Origin: Polyangiales bacterium
Lineage (GTDB): Bacteria; Myxococcota_A; Polyangia; Polyangiales; JADJQN01
Direction: 5' to 3'
NCBI GenBank assembly: GCA_964202905.1
Contig: CAXNJO010000003.1
Span: 448,001-512,000, forward strand
Length of the DNA: 64,000 nt
Within the stretch, counting starts at the first letter, position 1. Each line of letters begins with the position of its first letter. Made by a program: the position numbers and the translations under genes. The notes beneath the pieces were generated by a model. The model did not search any database. It was not told where the DNA came from and saw nothing but the letters and a program-made list of their open reading frames with translations. Positions 1-10,929 of the stretch are shown here, one piece after another.

Positions 1-76
1 CGGCCATGCCGCCCGAGCCGAGGGGCTTGAGGAGCTGGTAGGGGCCGAAGGGGATCGGGACGCCGTACGTGGACAA
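1..76 (-). CDS. Ser/Thr protein kinase, N-terminus (runs off window edge)
   Basis: Reverse strand from TTG at 76 reads LSTYGVPIPFGPYQLLKPLGSGGMA, typical of kinase subdomain I (GxGGMA); not in the ORF track. Confidence 0.8.
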   Translation of the reverse strand, partial: MSTYGVPIPFGPYQLLKPLGSGGMA

Positions 77-180
77 GCCGGGCCGACCATAGTGCACGGC
101 CCCGGCCGCGTACAGGCGCCGCGCACGGCCCGGTCCGCGCGGCCGGCGAGCGTCCGGCCGACCTGCGCGATCGGGGCCGG

Positions 181-1785
181 TCAGTGCCCGCCGACGCTCG
201 CCACCCCGGGGATGCCGCGCAGCTCGACGTCCACGCCCCGCAGCCGCGCGACGATCTGGAAATCGTGGAGCGCCTCGCACACGTCGTGCTCGACGAAGTC
301 GGCCGCGCCGCGATCCACGACGAGGCGCGTGCCGGCCGGCGTCGCGTGGAGCGCCTCGAAGAGCGACGCCTTGTGGAAGAAGTAGACGTCCTTCTCGAAG
401 CGGATGTGGACGGTGCCCTCCGGCCCGCGCACCGTCGAAAACGAGCCCTTCATGCTCGTCCGGAGCGTGAACGCGAGGCCGACGACGATGCCGATCGCGA
501 TGCCGACGAGCAGGTCGGTGAGCAGGATGGCGCCCACCGTCGCGACGAACGGGACGAACTGTGAGGGCCCGAGGCGGAACATCGCGCGGAAGAGCCGTGG
601 GGACGCGAGCTTCCACCCCGTGATGACCAAGATGGTCGCGAGCGCGGCGAGCGGGATCCGGTTGAGCCACGCCCCCGCGAAGAGCACCGCGGCGAGGAGC
701 AGCGCGCCGTGCGCGAACGCGGCCGCCTGCGTGCGCCCGCCCGCGTTGACGTTGGCGCTGCTGCGCACGATCACGCTGGTGATCGGCAAGCCCCCGACGA
801 GTCCGGAGAGCACGTTCGCGAGCCCTTGTGCGACGAGCTCGCGGTTGGGCGGAGAGCGGCGCTTGAAGGGATCCAGCCGGTCGACGGCGTCGAGCGAGAG
901 CAGGGACTCGAGGCTCGCGACGACCGCGAGCGTCGCCGCGAGCGTCCAGACGCGCACATCCCCGAGGGCCGCGAAGTCCGGGAGGCGCAGCTCGCCGAGC
1001 AGCGCGGACGGTCCGCCCTCCGCGGGCACCGAGACGAGGTGCCGCCGCGCGAGCCCAAGCATCGGCTCGAAGGCTTGGAACGCCGCATTGAGCAGCGTGC
1101 CCGTGACGACGACGACCAGTGCGCCCGGCAGCCACTTGAGCCGCTTGAGCGCGGCGCTGCGCTCGAACACGAGCAAGATCGCGAGCGAGGCGAGGCTGAT
1201 CAACACGGCGCCCCACTCGAGCCGGGCGAGCGCGTGGCCGAGGAGCGAGAACGTGTTGCCCTCGCCCTCGACCATGAAGGACTCGCTCGCGAAGTTCTCC
1301 GCGTCGTAGCCGATCGCGTGCGGCGTCTGCTTGAGGATGAGCAGGAGACCGATCGCGCTCAGCATCCCGCGGATCACGGCCGACGGGATGAACGACACGA
1401 TCACGCCTGCGCGGAGCGCCCCGAGGGCGAGCTGCATGACGCCGCCGAGGACGACCGCGAGGCAGAAACGCTGGAAACCGCCGACCTGGACGACGCCCGC
1501 CGCCACGATCGCGGCGAGCCCCGCCGCGGGCCCGCTCACGCTGAGGGGCGACCGGCTCACGAGCGGGACGACCATCCCGCCGATCACCCCGGCGAGCAGC
1601 CCGGCGACGAGCGGCGCACCCGACGCGAGCGCGACGCCGAGGCAGAGCGGCAGCGCGACGAGGAAGGTCACGAGCCCCGCCGGCAGATCGAAGGCGACGT
1701 TGCGCAGCGGCGAGAGGTCCGTGACCGGGGCGGCGGCGGGCGGGGCGTGAGCGGGTTCTGCGGCGGACGGCGGCGTGTCGTTCAT
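181..1785 (-). CDS. SulP/SLC26 family anion (bicarbonate/sulfate) permease
   Basis: DLPAGLVTFLVALPLCLGVALASGAP, SVSGPAAG, NRELVAQGLANVLSG, PITSVIVRSSAN motifs and STAS-like C-terminus; start at MNDTPP (ORF extends to 1848). Confidence 0.92.
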   Translation of the reverse strand: MNDTPPSAAEPAHAPPAAAPVTDLSPLRNVAFDLPAGLVTFLVALPLCLGVALASGAPLVAGLLAGVIGGMVVPLVSRSPLSVSGPAAGLAAIVAAGVVQVGGFQRFCLAVVLGGVMQLALGALRAGVIVSFIPSAVIRGMLSAIGLLLILKQTPHAIGYDAENFASESFMVEGEGNTFSLLGHALARLEWGAVLISLASLAILLVFERSAALKRLKWLPGALVVVVTGTLLNAAFQAFEPMLGLARRHLVSVPAEGGPSALLGELRLPDFAALGDVRVWTLAATLAVVASLESLLSLDAVDRLDPFKRRSPPNRELVAQGLANVLSGLVGGLPITSVIVRSSANVNAGGRTQAAAFAHGALLLAAVLFAGAWLNRIPLAALATILVITGWKLASPRLFRAMFRLGPSQFVPFVATVGAILLTDLLVGIAIGIVVGLAFTLRTSMKGSFSTVRGPEGTVHIRFEKDVYFFHKASLFEALHATPAGTRLVVDRGAADFVEHDVCEALHDFQIVARLRGVDVELRGIPGVASVGGH

Positions 1786-1884
1786 CGGGGCGTGGTATCC
1801 GGAGTCGGCCCCCGGGGGCGGGGCGGTGGAGAAAGAGTTCGACGGCACCGGTCGCGCCGCGGGAGGCCGAGCGCGGGTCGCGCC

Positions 1885-2339
1885 CTACTCGGCCGCGGCG
1901 GCGGCGTCGTCGGGCGCGTCCGGCGCGGCGCGGTGGACCTCGCCGAGGCGCACGAAGTCGCCGTGCGCGGGGTCGTGCTCGAAGAGCTCCGCGCGGCCGA
2001 GGTCACAGTACCACGCGTGCAGGCGCCCTCCGCCGCGCTCGACGCGCTCGCGCACGGGCGCGTCGGTGCCCAGGTGCGCGAGTTGCGGCGGCGCGGCGCG
2101 ACGCACCGACCGGTCGACCGTCGTGGCGAGCGAGGGCAGCGTGACCGGCAGCACGAGGGCGATGCGCGAGGGGACGACGAGACCCGTGGGCGAGCGCCGG
2201 GCGAGCGCCGGGCGAAGGGCACGACGAGCGCGGTGATGAGCGCCGCCGCCGCACCGATCGCGAGCGGCGCGGTCGCTGCGAGCAGCGGCGAACGTAGCCC
2301 CGCGGCGAAGCCGCAAGCACGGTGGCGCAGCGGAGACAC
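1885..2339 (-). pseudogene. Degenerate remnant resembling a beta-carbonic anhydrase C-terminus with an upstream hydrophobic SulP-like segment
   Basis: QLAHLGTDAPVRERVERGGGRLHAWYCDLGRAELFEHDPAHGDFVRLG resembles the beta-CA C-terminus; Zn ligands absent; 11-bp tandem duplication at 2188-2209 breaks the frame. Confidence 0.55.
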
Positions 2340-2454
2340 GCGTCGGCAAAGTATCCGCGCCGCCACGGTGCGGCAAGCAGATCGTCCGCGCCGTGCGGCC
2401 CGCCGCGCCGCCGCGCGATTGCGCGCCCGCTCCCCCCGCCGCACCGTCGCGCGG

Positions 2455-3639
2455 GTGCCCCCGCTGCGTCTCTCCGCGCGCTCCGCCCACGACGCCTCGC
2501 CCAACGCCCTCGCGCGTGCGCTCGCCGCGCGGCGCGCCGCGGGGCGCCCGCTGCTCGACCTCACCCTCTCGAACCCCACGCGCGCGGGCCTCCCGTACGA
2601 CGGCGCGGCGATCCTCGCGGCGCTCGCGCAGCCCTCCGTGCTCACGCACGCGCCCGCGCCGCTCGGCCCCGCGCCGGCACGCGAGGCCGTCGCCGCCGAC
2701 CTGCGGGCCGCGGGCGTCGTCGACGCGCAGGCGGCGCGGATCGTCCTCACCGCGAGCACGAGCGAGGCGTACGCGTGGCTCTTCAAGGTGCTCTGCGATC
2801 CCGGCGACGACGTCCTCGCCCCCGAGCCGAGCTATCCGCTCCTCGCGCACCTCGCCGCGCTCGAGGGCGTTCGGCTCCGGCCGTATCCGCTCCGCCACGA
2901 GGGCGGGTGGCACCTCGATCTCGACGCGCTCGCCCGCGCCCGCGGCCCGCGTACGCGCGCCGTGGTGATCGTGCACCCCAACCACCCCACGGGCTCGTAC
3001 ACCACCCGCGCAGAGCTGCGCGCCCTCGCCACGCTCGGCCTGCCCATCGTCTCGGACGAGGTGTTCGCGCGCTATCCGCTCCGCGACGATCCGGCGCGCG
3101 TGCTCTCCGCGGCGATCGACGCGGAGGTGCTCACCTTCGCGATGTCGGGCCTCTCGAAGCTCGCCGGCCTGCCCCAGCTCAAGCTCGCGTTCACGCACGT
3201 CGCGGGCCCCGCCGCGGACGTCGAGGCCGCGCTCGAGCGCCTCGAGCTGGTGGGCGACACCTTCCTCCCCGTGGGCGCGCCCGTGCTCGCGGGCCTGCCC
3301 GCGCTGCTCGCCGCGCGCGGCCCCACGGAGCGCGCGATCGCGGCGCGCGTGCGGCGCAACCACGACGCGCTCATGGCCCTGGCCGCCACGGGCTCACCGC
3401 TCACGCCGCTCCCGGCGGAGGGAGGCTGGTCCGCGTGCGTGCGGCTGCCGCGCGTGCTCGACGAGGAGACGTGGGCGCTGCGGCTCCTCGAGCGCGACGG
3501 CGTGCTCGTGCAGCCCGGCTATTTCTACGATTTCGCCGACGAGGCCTGGGCCGTGCTCTCGCTGCTCACGCCGGAGGCCGTGTTCGACGAGGGGCTGGCG
3601 CGGCTGAACGCCCGCGCCGTCGCGGAGTGCGGGGGGTGA
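2455..3639 (+). CDS. PLP-dependent aminotransferase class I/II
   Basis: DLTLSNPT, LTASTSEAY, PSYP, HPNHPTG, SDEVF, SGLSKLAGLPQLK (PLP Lys); GTG start at 2455 within ORF 709..3639. Confidence 0.9.
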   Translation: MPPLRLSARSAHDASPNALARALAARRAAGRPLLDLTLSNPTRAGLPYDGAAILAALAQPSVLTHAPAPLGPAPAREAVAADLRAAGVVDAQAARIVLTASTSEAYAWLFKVLCDPGDDVLAPEPSYPLLAHLAALEGVRLRPYPLRHEGGWHLDLDALARARGPRTRAVVIVHPNHPTGSYTTRAELRALATLGLPIVSDEVFARYPLRDDPARVLSAAIDAEVLTFAMSGLSKLAGLPQLKLAFTHVAGPAADVEAALERLELVGDTFLPVGAPVLAGLPALLAARGPTERAIAARVRRNHDALMALAATGSPLTPLPAEGGWSACVRLPRVLDEETWALRLLERDGVLVQPGYFYDFADEAWAVLSLLTPEAVFDEGLARLNARAVAECGG

Positions 3640-3775
3640 GACGGCGGCGCCGCGCGTCCGCGCGCACGCGCCAGACTGGTTGGACCAGTCGTCCCCTGCC
3701 CAGACGGATAACATCGAGATTCTCGCTGCGCAGCCCATCGGTGGCGCGGGACTGGTCGGACCAGCTGACGCGGCG

Positions 3776-5152
3776 TCAGGCCGTGCGGCGCGCGAGGTAA
3801 TCGATGAGGTCGATCTTCGTCACGACGCCCGCGATGCCGCCGTCGTCGCCGAGCACGATCGCCATGCGCACGTCGCCGAGCAGGCCCTGTACGCGCTCGA
3901 CGGCCGTCTCCGCGGTCACCGTCGCGTAGTCGCGCTCCGCGAGCACGCCGACGGGGCTGTCGAGCGAGTGCTCGCCGCTCACGAGGTAGCGCAGCAGGTC
4001 GACCTCGGCGACGGCGCCGATCAGCCGCCCGCCCTCGAGCACGGGGAGCTGCGAGATGCCGTGCGCCTTCATGCGGCTGATCACGTCGCGCACGCGGTCG
4101 TGCGCGCGCGCCGCGATGACCTCGCCGCTCTTGTCCCGCAGCACGTCCGCGACGACGCCGAGCCCCGGCTGCGCCTCGAGGAAGCCGCGCGCCCGCAGCC
4201 ACGCGTCGTCGAAGATCGGCGAGAGCGCCTCGCCCGCCGCGTCGGGCAGCAGGACGACGATGTTCTCCGCGCGCCCGGCCCGCCGCGCGTACGCGAGCGC
4301 GCCCGCGACGGCCGCGCCCGAGGCCCCGCCGACGGCGAGTCCCTCGCGGCGCAGGAGCTCACGCGCCGTCAGGAAGCTCGCCTTGTCGTCGACGCGCACG
4401 ACCTCGTCGATGAGCGCAGGCTCGAGCGTGCTCGGCACGAAGTCGCCGCCGATCCCCTCGACCTCGCGCGCGAAGCCCCGCGTGACGCGGCCAGAGTGCA
4501 GGTAGTCGTGGTAGAGCGAGCCGAGCGGATCGACGCCGACGAGCCGCACCCCGGGCTTGCGCTCGCGCAGCGCGCGGCCGACGCCCGCGATGGTGCCGCC
4601 GGTGGCCAACCCCACGACGAGCACGTCGATCGCGCCGTCCGTCTGCGCCCACAGCTCGGGGCCCGTGAACCGCGCGTGCGCGGCCGCGTTGTCGGGGCTG
4701 CCGGCCGGGTCGACGAGGAAGGCGCGGGGCGTCTCCCCCGCGAGGCGCCGCGCGACGGCGCGCGCAGAGCGCGCATCGTCGGGCTCGAGATCCGTCGGGC
4801 AGACGACGACGCGCGCCCCACGCGCCCGCAGCGCGACGAGGCGCTCGGCGGGGGCGCGGTCCGGCACGACGCAGACGCAGGCGTAGCCGCGCACGGCGGC
4901 GATGGTCGTGAGCGCGGCGCCCGCGTCGTCGAACACCGCGGCGACCAACGTCCCACCGGGGACGAGCGCGCCGCGGCGCTCGGCCTCGTCCACGAGGTGC
5001 CGCAGCATCGGGGTGCGGCCGGACCCGCCCGGGCGCAGGTACTCGCACTTCACGTACACCTCCGCGGCGAGGCCGGAGGCCACGCGCTGGAGCTTCACGA
5101 GCGGCGTCGGGTCGGCCGCGTGCAGGATGGTGGGGAGCGCACCGCGTATCAT
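3776..5152 (-). CDS. Cystathionine beta-synthase-like protein (PALP fold + CBS domain pair), active site degenerate
   Basis: TPLVKL, KCEYLRPGGS, GxATGGT, VGVDPLGS, EGIGGDF, C-terminal ISQLPV and KIDLIDYL CBS domains. Confidence 0.85.
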   Translation of the reverse strand: MIRGALPTILHAADPTPLVKLQRVASGLAAEVYVKCEYLRPGGSGRTPMLRHLVDEAERRGALVPGGTLVAAVFDDAGAALTTIAAVRGYACVCVVPDRAPAERLVALRARGARVVVCPTDLEPDDARSARAVARRLAGETPRAFLVDPAGSPDNAAAHARFTGPELWAQTDGAIDVLVVGLATGGTIAGVGRALRERKPGVRLVGVDPLGSLYHDYLHSGRVTRGFAREVEGIGGDFVPSTLEPALIDEVVRVDDKASFLTARELLRREGLAVGGASGAAVAGALAYARRAGRAENIVVLLPDAAGEALSPIFDDAWLRARGFLEAQPGLGVVADVLRDKSGEVIAARAHDRVRDVISRMKAHGISQLPVLEGGRLIGAVAEVDLLRYLVSGEHSLDSPVGVLAERDYATVTAETAVERVQGLLGDVRMAIVLGDDGGIAGVVTKIDLIDYLARRTA

Positions 5153-5310
5153 CGAGGACCTCCGCCGGACGCCCGCGACGGCGGGCGACGCCGGACGGGC
5201 GCGACTGTAGCAGGCGACGCACGGCGGCCCGCACGGCCACGGCCTGCGCGCGGCGCACGGGATGCGCGCGGCCGCGGCATGCCCACGGCCGCGGGCGCGC
5301 GCCTGCGCCG

Positions 5311-7467
5311 TCAGAGCGGGAAGTCGAGCTCGAAGACGGCGCCGCCCTCGGAGCGCGTCGTGAGGCGGCCGCGGAGCTGTCGCGTCAGCGTCGTCACGAG
5401 CTGCAGCCCGAGGCTCCCGGTGGTCCGGGGGTCGAAGTCTTCGGGGAGCCCCGGCCCACCGTCGCGCACGCTGAGCACCGCGCGCCGCCCATCGACGTGG
5501 AGGCGCACCGCGACCTCCGGGCCGAGCGGCGCCCGCGGGCCCTCGCCCGGCGGCGTCGAGGCGCGCTGCGCCCCGTATTTGAAGGCGTTGGTGAGCAGCT
5601 CGTTGAGGATCAGGCAGACGGGCGCCGCGCGATCGACCGCGATCTCCACGGGGGCGACGTCCACGCTCACGCGCGCCGAGGGCGCGAGCGCGTGGCGCAG
5701 CGTCTCGACGAGGTCGCGTGCGTACGCGCCGAGATCGATGCGCTCGAGGGAGGCCGAGCCGTAGAGGTGCTGGTGGATCAGCGCCATCGAGCGCACGCGC
5801 CGCACGCTCTCGAGCAGCAGCGCGCGCCCGCGCTCGTCGGGCATCTGATCGAGCTGCAGCGTCAGGAGGCTCGAGACCATCTGGAGGTTGTTCTTGACGC
5901 GGTGGTGGATCTCCTTGAGCAGCGTCTCCTTCTCGAGGAGCGAGCCCTTGAGCGCCTCTTCCATGCGCTGCTGCTCGGTGAGCGCCGCGCTCCCCGAGCG
6001 CACACGCTGCGCGAGGTCGTCGCGCTCACGGAGCAGCGTCGCCTCGCGCGCGGCGGCCACCGTCACGTCGCGCACGAGCAGCACGAGCCGGCCGGGGCCG
6101 TTCCAGTCCATGCCGAGCAGGTGCAGCTCCACGCTGCGCTCGGCGCCGTCTCGGCGCACGAACGCGGCCTCCTCGGCGGCGAGCCGCGCGGTCCGTGCGC
6201 CGGCCTGCTGCGCGGCCGCGAACCAGCGCGCGCACTGCTCGTCGGTGAAGGTCGGGCACACGACGCGCAGGGACGCGCCGACGAGCGCGTCGAACGCGTA
6301 GCCGAGCGCGTCGAGCGCGGCCACGTTCGCGTCCACGATCCGGCCGCGATCGTCGAGGACGAGCAGCGGACCGACGACCTGCTCGAGCACCACGCGCAAA
6401 CGCTGCTCGCTCGCCTGCAGCTCGGCCTCCACGCGCACGCGCGCCCCGATGTCGCCGAGGCGCGCGTCGAGGATCGCGTCGAACGCGTCGAGCTGCGCGA
6501 GCAGCGGCTCGACCACGTCCCCGGCCGGCCTCGCCTCGCCGGCGACCTGGGCCGCGAGACGCCGCGCCCGCTCGAGCGGCCCGCCGAGCTCCCGGCGCAC
6601 CTCGGCGACGACGCCGGACTGCGCGTTGAGGCGGCGCTCGAGCGAGATGTCGCGGATCACGCAGACCACCTGCGAGCCGCTGTCCGCGAGGAACGAGACG
6701 CTCACGCCGCCGTTCACCAACGCGCCGTTCAACCGCTCGAAGCGGAGCTCGCGGCGCGTCGGGCTCTCGTGGTGCGTGAACGCGTGCCCCACCATGGCGC
6801 GCAGCACGCCGCGGTCCACCGGCACGACGAACGACGCGAGCGGCATGCCGAGCATCGCGGCCGGGGGCCGCCCGACCATGCGCCCGAACGCGCCGTTGAT
6901 GCGGACCGCGCGCTCCGACGCGTCGAGCACGACCATCGCGAGCGGCGAGTCTTCCCAGACGCGCTGCAGGGTGACCGTCTCCAGGTAGTGCTCGACGAGC
7001 GCCGCGAGCCGCGCGAGCTGCGTCTCCTCGGCGCGGGTCCAGCGGCGCGGCTGGTGATCGATCGCGCAGAGCGTCCCGATCGCGCTCTGCCCGGGCCCGG
7101 CGAAGAGCGGCACGCCGAGGTACGCGCGCACGTGCGGCGGCCCCGCGACGAGCGGCCCGCCCGCGAAGCGCGGATCCATGTCCGAGTCCTCGACGACGAG
7201 CGGCTGCTGCGACGCGACACAGTGACCGCAGAAGCTCTCCGCGCGACCGGTGCTCGTCGCGTCGAGGCCGTGGCGCGACAGAAAGAACTGCCGCTCCGGC
7301 TCGACCAGCGTGACGAGCGCGATGGGCGCGCCGAGCAGGGCGCCCGCGAGCGCGGTGAGGTGGTCGAGGACCTCGTGGCGCTGCCCCTCCGCGACGCCGA
7401 GCCCGGCCAGCCGACGCAGGCGCTCGGGCTCGTCGTGGAGGGCCGGGGCCGGGACCCACGAGTTCAT
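5311..7467 (-). CDS. Sensor histidine kinase GAF-PAS-PAS-HisKA_2-HATPase
   Basis: N-terminal GAF ([20 protein letters not shown]), two PAS domains, [37 protein letters not shown]. Confidence 0.92.
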   Translation of the reverse strand: MNSWVPAPALHDEPERLRRLAGLGVAEGQRHEVLDHLTALAGALLGAPIALVTLVEPERQFFLSRHGLDATSTGRAESFCGHCVASQQPLVVEDSDMDPRFAGGPLVAGPPHVRAYLGVPLFAGPGQSAIGTLCAIDHQPRRWTRAEETQLARLAALVEHYLETVTLQRVWEDSPLAMVVLDASERAVRINGAFGRMVGRPPAAMLGMPLASFVVPVDRGVLRAMVGHAFTHHESPTRRELRFERLNGALVNGGVSVSFLADSGSQVVCVIRDISLERRLNAQSGVVAEVRRELGGPLERARRLAAQVAGEARPAGDVVEPLLAQLDAFDAILDARLGDIGARVRVEAELQASEQRLRVVLEQVVGPLLVLDDRGRIVDANVAALDALGYAFDALVGASLRVVCPTFTDEQCARWFAAAQQAGARTARLAAEEAAFVRRDGAERSVELHLLGMDWNGPGRLVLLVRDVTVAAAREATLLRERDDLAQRVRSGSAALTEQQRMEEALKGSLLEKETLLKEIHHRVKNNLQMVSSLLTLQLDQMPDERGRALLLESVRRVRSMALIHQHLYGSASLERIDLGAYARDLVETLRHALAPSARVSVDVAPVEIAVDRAAPVCLILNELLTNAFKYGAQRASTPPGEGPRAPLGPEVAVRLHVDGRRAVLSVRDGGPGLPEDFDPRTTGSLGLQLVTTLTRQLRGRLTTRSEGGAVFELDFPL

Positions 7468-7620
7468 GCGCGCGCGCTCCCCGGGACTAGCCGACCTGGG
7501 TGTGCCGCGTCGAACGCGGCGCGAGCGCTGGGGCCGTCACACATCGCGCTGAAGGTTGCGCCCCGCTCGCCCCGGCGCAACGTCTTCCTGAGGCCCGCGC
7601 GTCGGCGTCCGGCGCCGGGT

Positions 7621-9859
7621 TCAGCGGCCGCCGCGCAGCGAGAGCGTCAACGCGACGCGCGCGTCGGGCGCGCCCACCACGCGCAGGAAGCCGAGCCCGT
7701 TGGGCGTGCGGACCGCCTCGCCCGGCGCGAGGGGCGCCTCCCACGCGACGACCGCGAGATCGTCGAGCCCGACGAGACCCTCGCCGCGCGCGGGGGCGCG
7801 GTGCTCGAGGAAGAAGCGCAGCGCCCGCGGGTTCACGGTCGGGTCGGCGGCGGTGGTGAGATCGGGCGGCACCGTCAGGTCCCCCGTGAACATCGTCCAG
7901 TCGTACGTGCCGCCCGCGAGCGCCGCGACCTGCTCGTCCCCGAACTCCGCCTCGCCCTCGCTCGCGCAGTAGCCGACACGCACCGCGAGCGGCCCCGCGC
8001 CCTCCCCCCGCGCCCAGCCCACGAACGTGAGGTCGCGGTTCGGCGTGTTCGTCGCGTCCCCGGGCACGCGCACGCGGTTGCGGAACGCGACGACCGCGGG
8101 CGCGAGGCTGCCCTCGCCCCGCACCATGCTCAGCCCCTGCAACCCGCGGTGCGCGAGGCGCACACACGGCTCGCTGTAGACGGACGTCACGTCGTAGCGG
8201 GCGGCCTCGCCGTGGTCCTCGTCGACGTCCTCGTCCTCGAAGGTCCCGTACACGAGCACGTCGCTGCCCCAGCGCACGCCCGTCGTGCCGGGCGCGTCCT
8301 CGAGCCGCGCGACGCTCTCGCCGGGGCCGAGAACGCCGCGCAGATCGACGACGCCGACGCCATCGGGGCCGAGCTGCGCCTCGACCGTCACGCGCCGCTC
8401 GGCCGGCGCCCACGGCGCCTCGCCCGCGCGCGCGACGAGCAGCCGGCCCGCCTCGAGCGCGAGCGTCACGGTGGGGTCCGAGCGCTGCGCGATCCGGCGG
8501 AGCACGGCCTCCGCGGCCGGCCCCACCGCGAGGCGCGGCCGGTAATCCTCGAGATAGACGGGGTACACGGCGACGTGGCGCTCGCGCTCCGCGTCGAGAT
8601 CCGCGAGCACGACGAGGCCCAGCATCGTCTCGTGCCGATCCTGGTCGAAGGCAAAGTTGCCAAGCGAATACACCTGCAATACGTTTGCATGAACGCCGAA
8701 GCCCTGCGCGACGTGCGGGTGGTGCCCGACGACGAGGAGCGCGCCGGACTCGGCCGCGAGATCGAGCCGCGTGCGCGTGTAGGCGCTCGGCGCCACCGAG
8801 TACTCGACGCCCGTGTGCAGCTGCGCGATCGGCAACCGCCCGAGCGCGCGCTCCCCGGCGATCGTCGCGGCGACCCGCGCGGAGTCGTTGAGGTCGGCCG
8901 CCCCGCCCTGCGTGTCGGAGGCGTTGTAGCGGATCGCGTGCTCGGCCCCGCTCACCGAGCTCGCGCCCACGAAGGAGAAGGGCAGCCCGCCGATCGCACC
9001 GCGCCACGGCACGAAGGCCTCCTCCGGCGTGCGCCCCGCCCCCGAGTACGCGACGCCCGCGGCGTCGAGGGCCGCGCGCGTGTCCGCGAGCCCGCGCTCG
9101 AGGTAGTCGTAGATGTGGTTGTTGCCGACCGAGACGAAGGCGACGCCCAGCCGGTCGAGCGCCGCGAGCGAGCCGGGCAGCGTGAAGTAGCAATAGGGTT
9201 TCGTCGGGTGCGGCGTCGCGGGCTCGAGCGTCAGCACGCTCTCGAGGTTCAGCACCGGGAAGTCGCTCGCCTCGAAGAGCGGCGCGATGCGCGACACCGC
9301 GTCGATGCTCCCCGCCACCGGGTCACGCACGCTCACGAGCGCGCTCGGGTCATCCGGCGGGAAGGTGTAGCGATCGGTGCGCTCGAGCGGGTCGAGGAAG
9401 CGCCGCGCGAAGCTCGTGTCCCCCGCGAAGGCGAAGCGCACGCCGCGGTCCGCCGGCGCCACGGTCACGTCGCCGAGCGCGACCTCCGTGACGGCCGCCG
9501 GCTGCGCGAGCCAAGCGCCGAGCAGGGTCGTGCGCAAGCCCGCACCGCGCACCGTGAGCCACGTATTGCGCCGGGGCGCCTCGAGCCGGAAGCGCCCGCC
9601 CGCGTCCGTACGCACATGCGCGTCACCGAGCACGACCTCCGCCCCGGAGACGGGAGTCCCCTCCGGGAGCATGACCCGAGACGGCGACCGCCGTGCCCGC
9701 GAGCGCCTCGCGGGCGAGCGCGTCGTCCACGAGCACCGCGGGCACCGCCGGCGGCGCGTCCTCGAGGGGCACCCCGAGGCAGCCGCCGAGCAGCAGGACC
9801 AGGGCCGCGACGTACCCGCGCAGGCGCCCAAGATACGCCCTCGAGGGCGCGCGGCCCAC
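7621..9859 (-). CDS. CapA (PGA_cap) family metallophosphoesterase lipoprotein with carboxypeptidase-regulatory-like domain; one frameshift near 9677
   Basis: FAGD, NLE, GNNHIYDY, HTGVEY, GHHPH, YSLGNF motifs; lipobox LLLGGC lies in a different frame (ORF 9623..9859) and joins at AVAVS/RVMLPEG. Confidence 0.8.
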
Positions 9860-9936
9860 GGTCGCCGCAGGCGTCCCGCGTGACCCCGCGCACGCGCGCC
9901 GTGTCGTGCTTCGCGCGGGCGCGCTATGGTCGTCGC

Positions 9937-10869
9937 GTGGAACGAGGGGACGCCGTTGCAGCGCGACTCGCCGCCGCCGCCGCCGCCCGCGCCGGGCTCG
10001 CCGAGGCGGGCCTCGCGCGCGCCGCCGACGCGTCGCCCGAGGACACCGCCTACTTCCTCGCCGCCGAGCTCGCCGCGGTCCTCGAGCAGCGCCGCGGCCT
10101 GATCCTCGACCCGGCCACGCTGGACGCCGCCGCGCTCGACGCCCTCCGCGCGCGCGAGCCCGCGGCGCTCACCGACCTCGAGCCGCGCCCGCGCCCCGGC
10201 GCGCTCGTCCTGCTCGAGGCGGGCGAGCGCATCGGCACGGTGTGCTTCGACGACTTCGAAGGCATGTCGCCCTACGCCCAGATCTCCAGCCTCTACGTCG
10301 CCCCACGCTGGCGCGCGCGCGGCGTCGCCTCGCACCTGCTCGACGGAGTCGCGGCGCTGCTCTCTCCCGCCTACGCGGGCCTCTCGCTCACGACGTACTG
10401 GTCGTGGCAGCGCGCGGTGCGCTTCTATCTCCGCCACGGCTGCGTCGTGAGGCAATGGAAGCACGGCCTCGTCTTCCTCTGGCGCGTCGCCGGCGTGCGC
10501 TGGGACGTCGCGTTCGCGGGGGATGTCGCGAGCTTCACGTGGACGCGCGCCGGGGCGCCCGCCCGCACGTGGACCGCGCGTCGCCAGGACGGCTGGCTCC
10601 ACTGGGACGAGCCCAGCCCGTACGACATCGACTGGTCCGACGGCACCATGACCTTCGGCCTGCTCCTCGCGATGGCGGGCTGGCCCCTCGACCGCAGCCC
10701 CGCGACGCGCGCGGAGGCCTGGCGCTGGCTCGACTGCGGCTACTCAGAGGGTCTCGCCGCCCGCATCGAGCGCTGGGAGGCCCTCGACCGCAGCCGCGGC
10801 TTCGTCGTGGACACGCCGCGCATCCCCGGCATCGCCTACCGCAGCCGGGCCGAGCTCGGCGACGAGTAG
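9937..10869 (+). CDS. GNAT family N-acetyltransferase
   Basis: ISSLYVAPRWRARGVAS (motif A) and AVRFYLRHG (motif B); C-terminal part of ORF 5497..10869; GTG start inferred. Confidence 0.75.
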   Translation: MERGDAVAARLAAAAAARAGLAEAGLARAADASPEDTAYFLAAELAAVLEQRRGLILDPATLDAAALDALRAREPAALTDLEPRPRPGALVLLEAGERIGTVCFDDFEGMSPYAQISSLYVAPRWRARGVASHLLDGVAALLSPAYAGLSLTTYWSWQRAVRFYLRHGCVVRQWKHGLVFLWRVAGVRWDVAFAGDVASFTWTRAGAPARTWTARRQDGWLHWDEPSPYDIDWSDGTMTFGLLLAMAGWPLDRSPATRAEAWRWLDCGYSEGLAARIERWEALDRSRGFVVDTPRIPGIAYRSRAELGDE

Positions 10870-10929
10870 GCGGGCGCGGCACGCGGTCACCGCTCGACGG
10901 ACAGCAGGCTGGCCGTCAGCGGCTGGCCG

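Noticed and set aside
5497..9936. N-terminal 1480 aa of the 1790-aa plus-strand ORF
   Set aside because: Antisense shadow of the histidine kinase and CapA genes in high-GC DNA; only the GNAT C-terminal part looks real
9937..10869. GNAT as the ceramide synthase for the lipid cluster
   Set aside because: 35 kb away and no recognisable similarity to the bacterial CerS architecture
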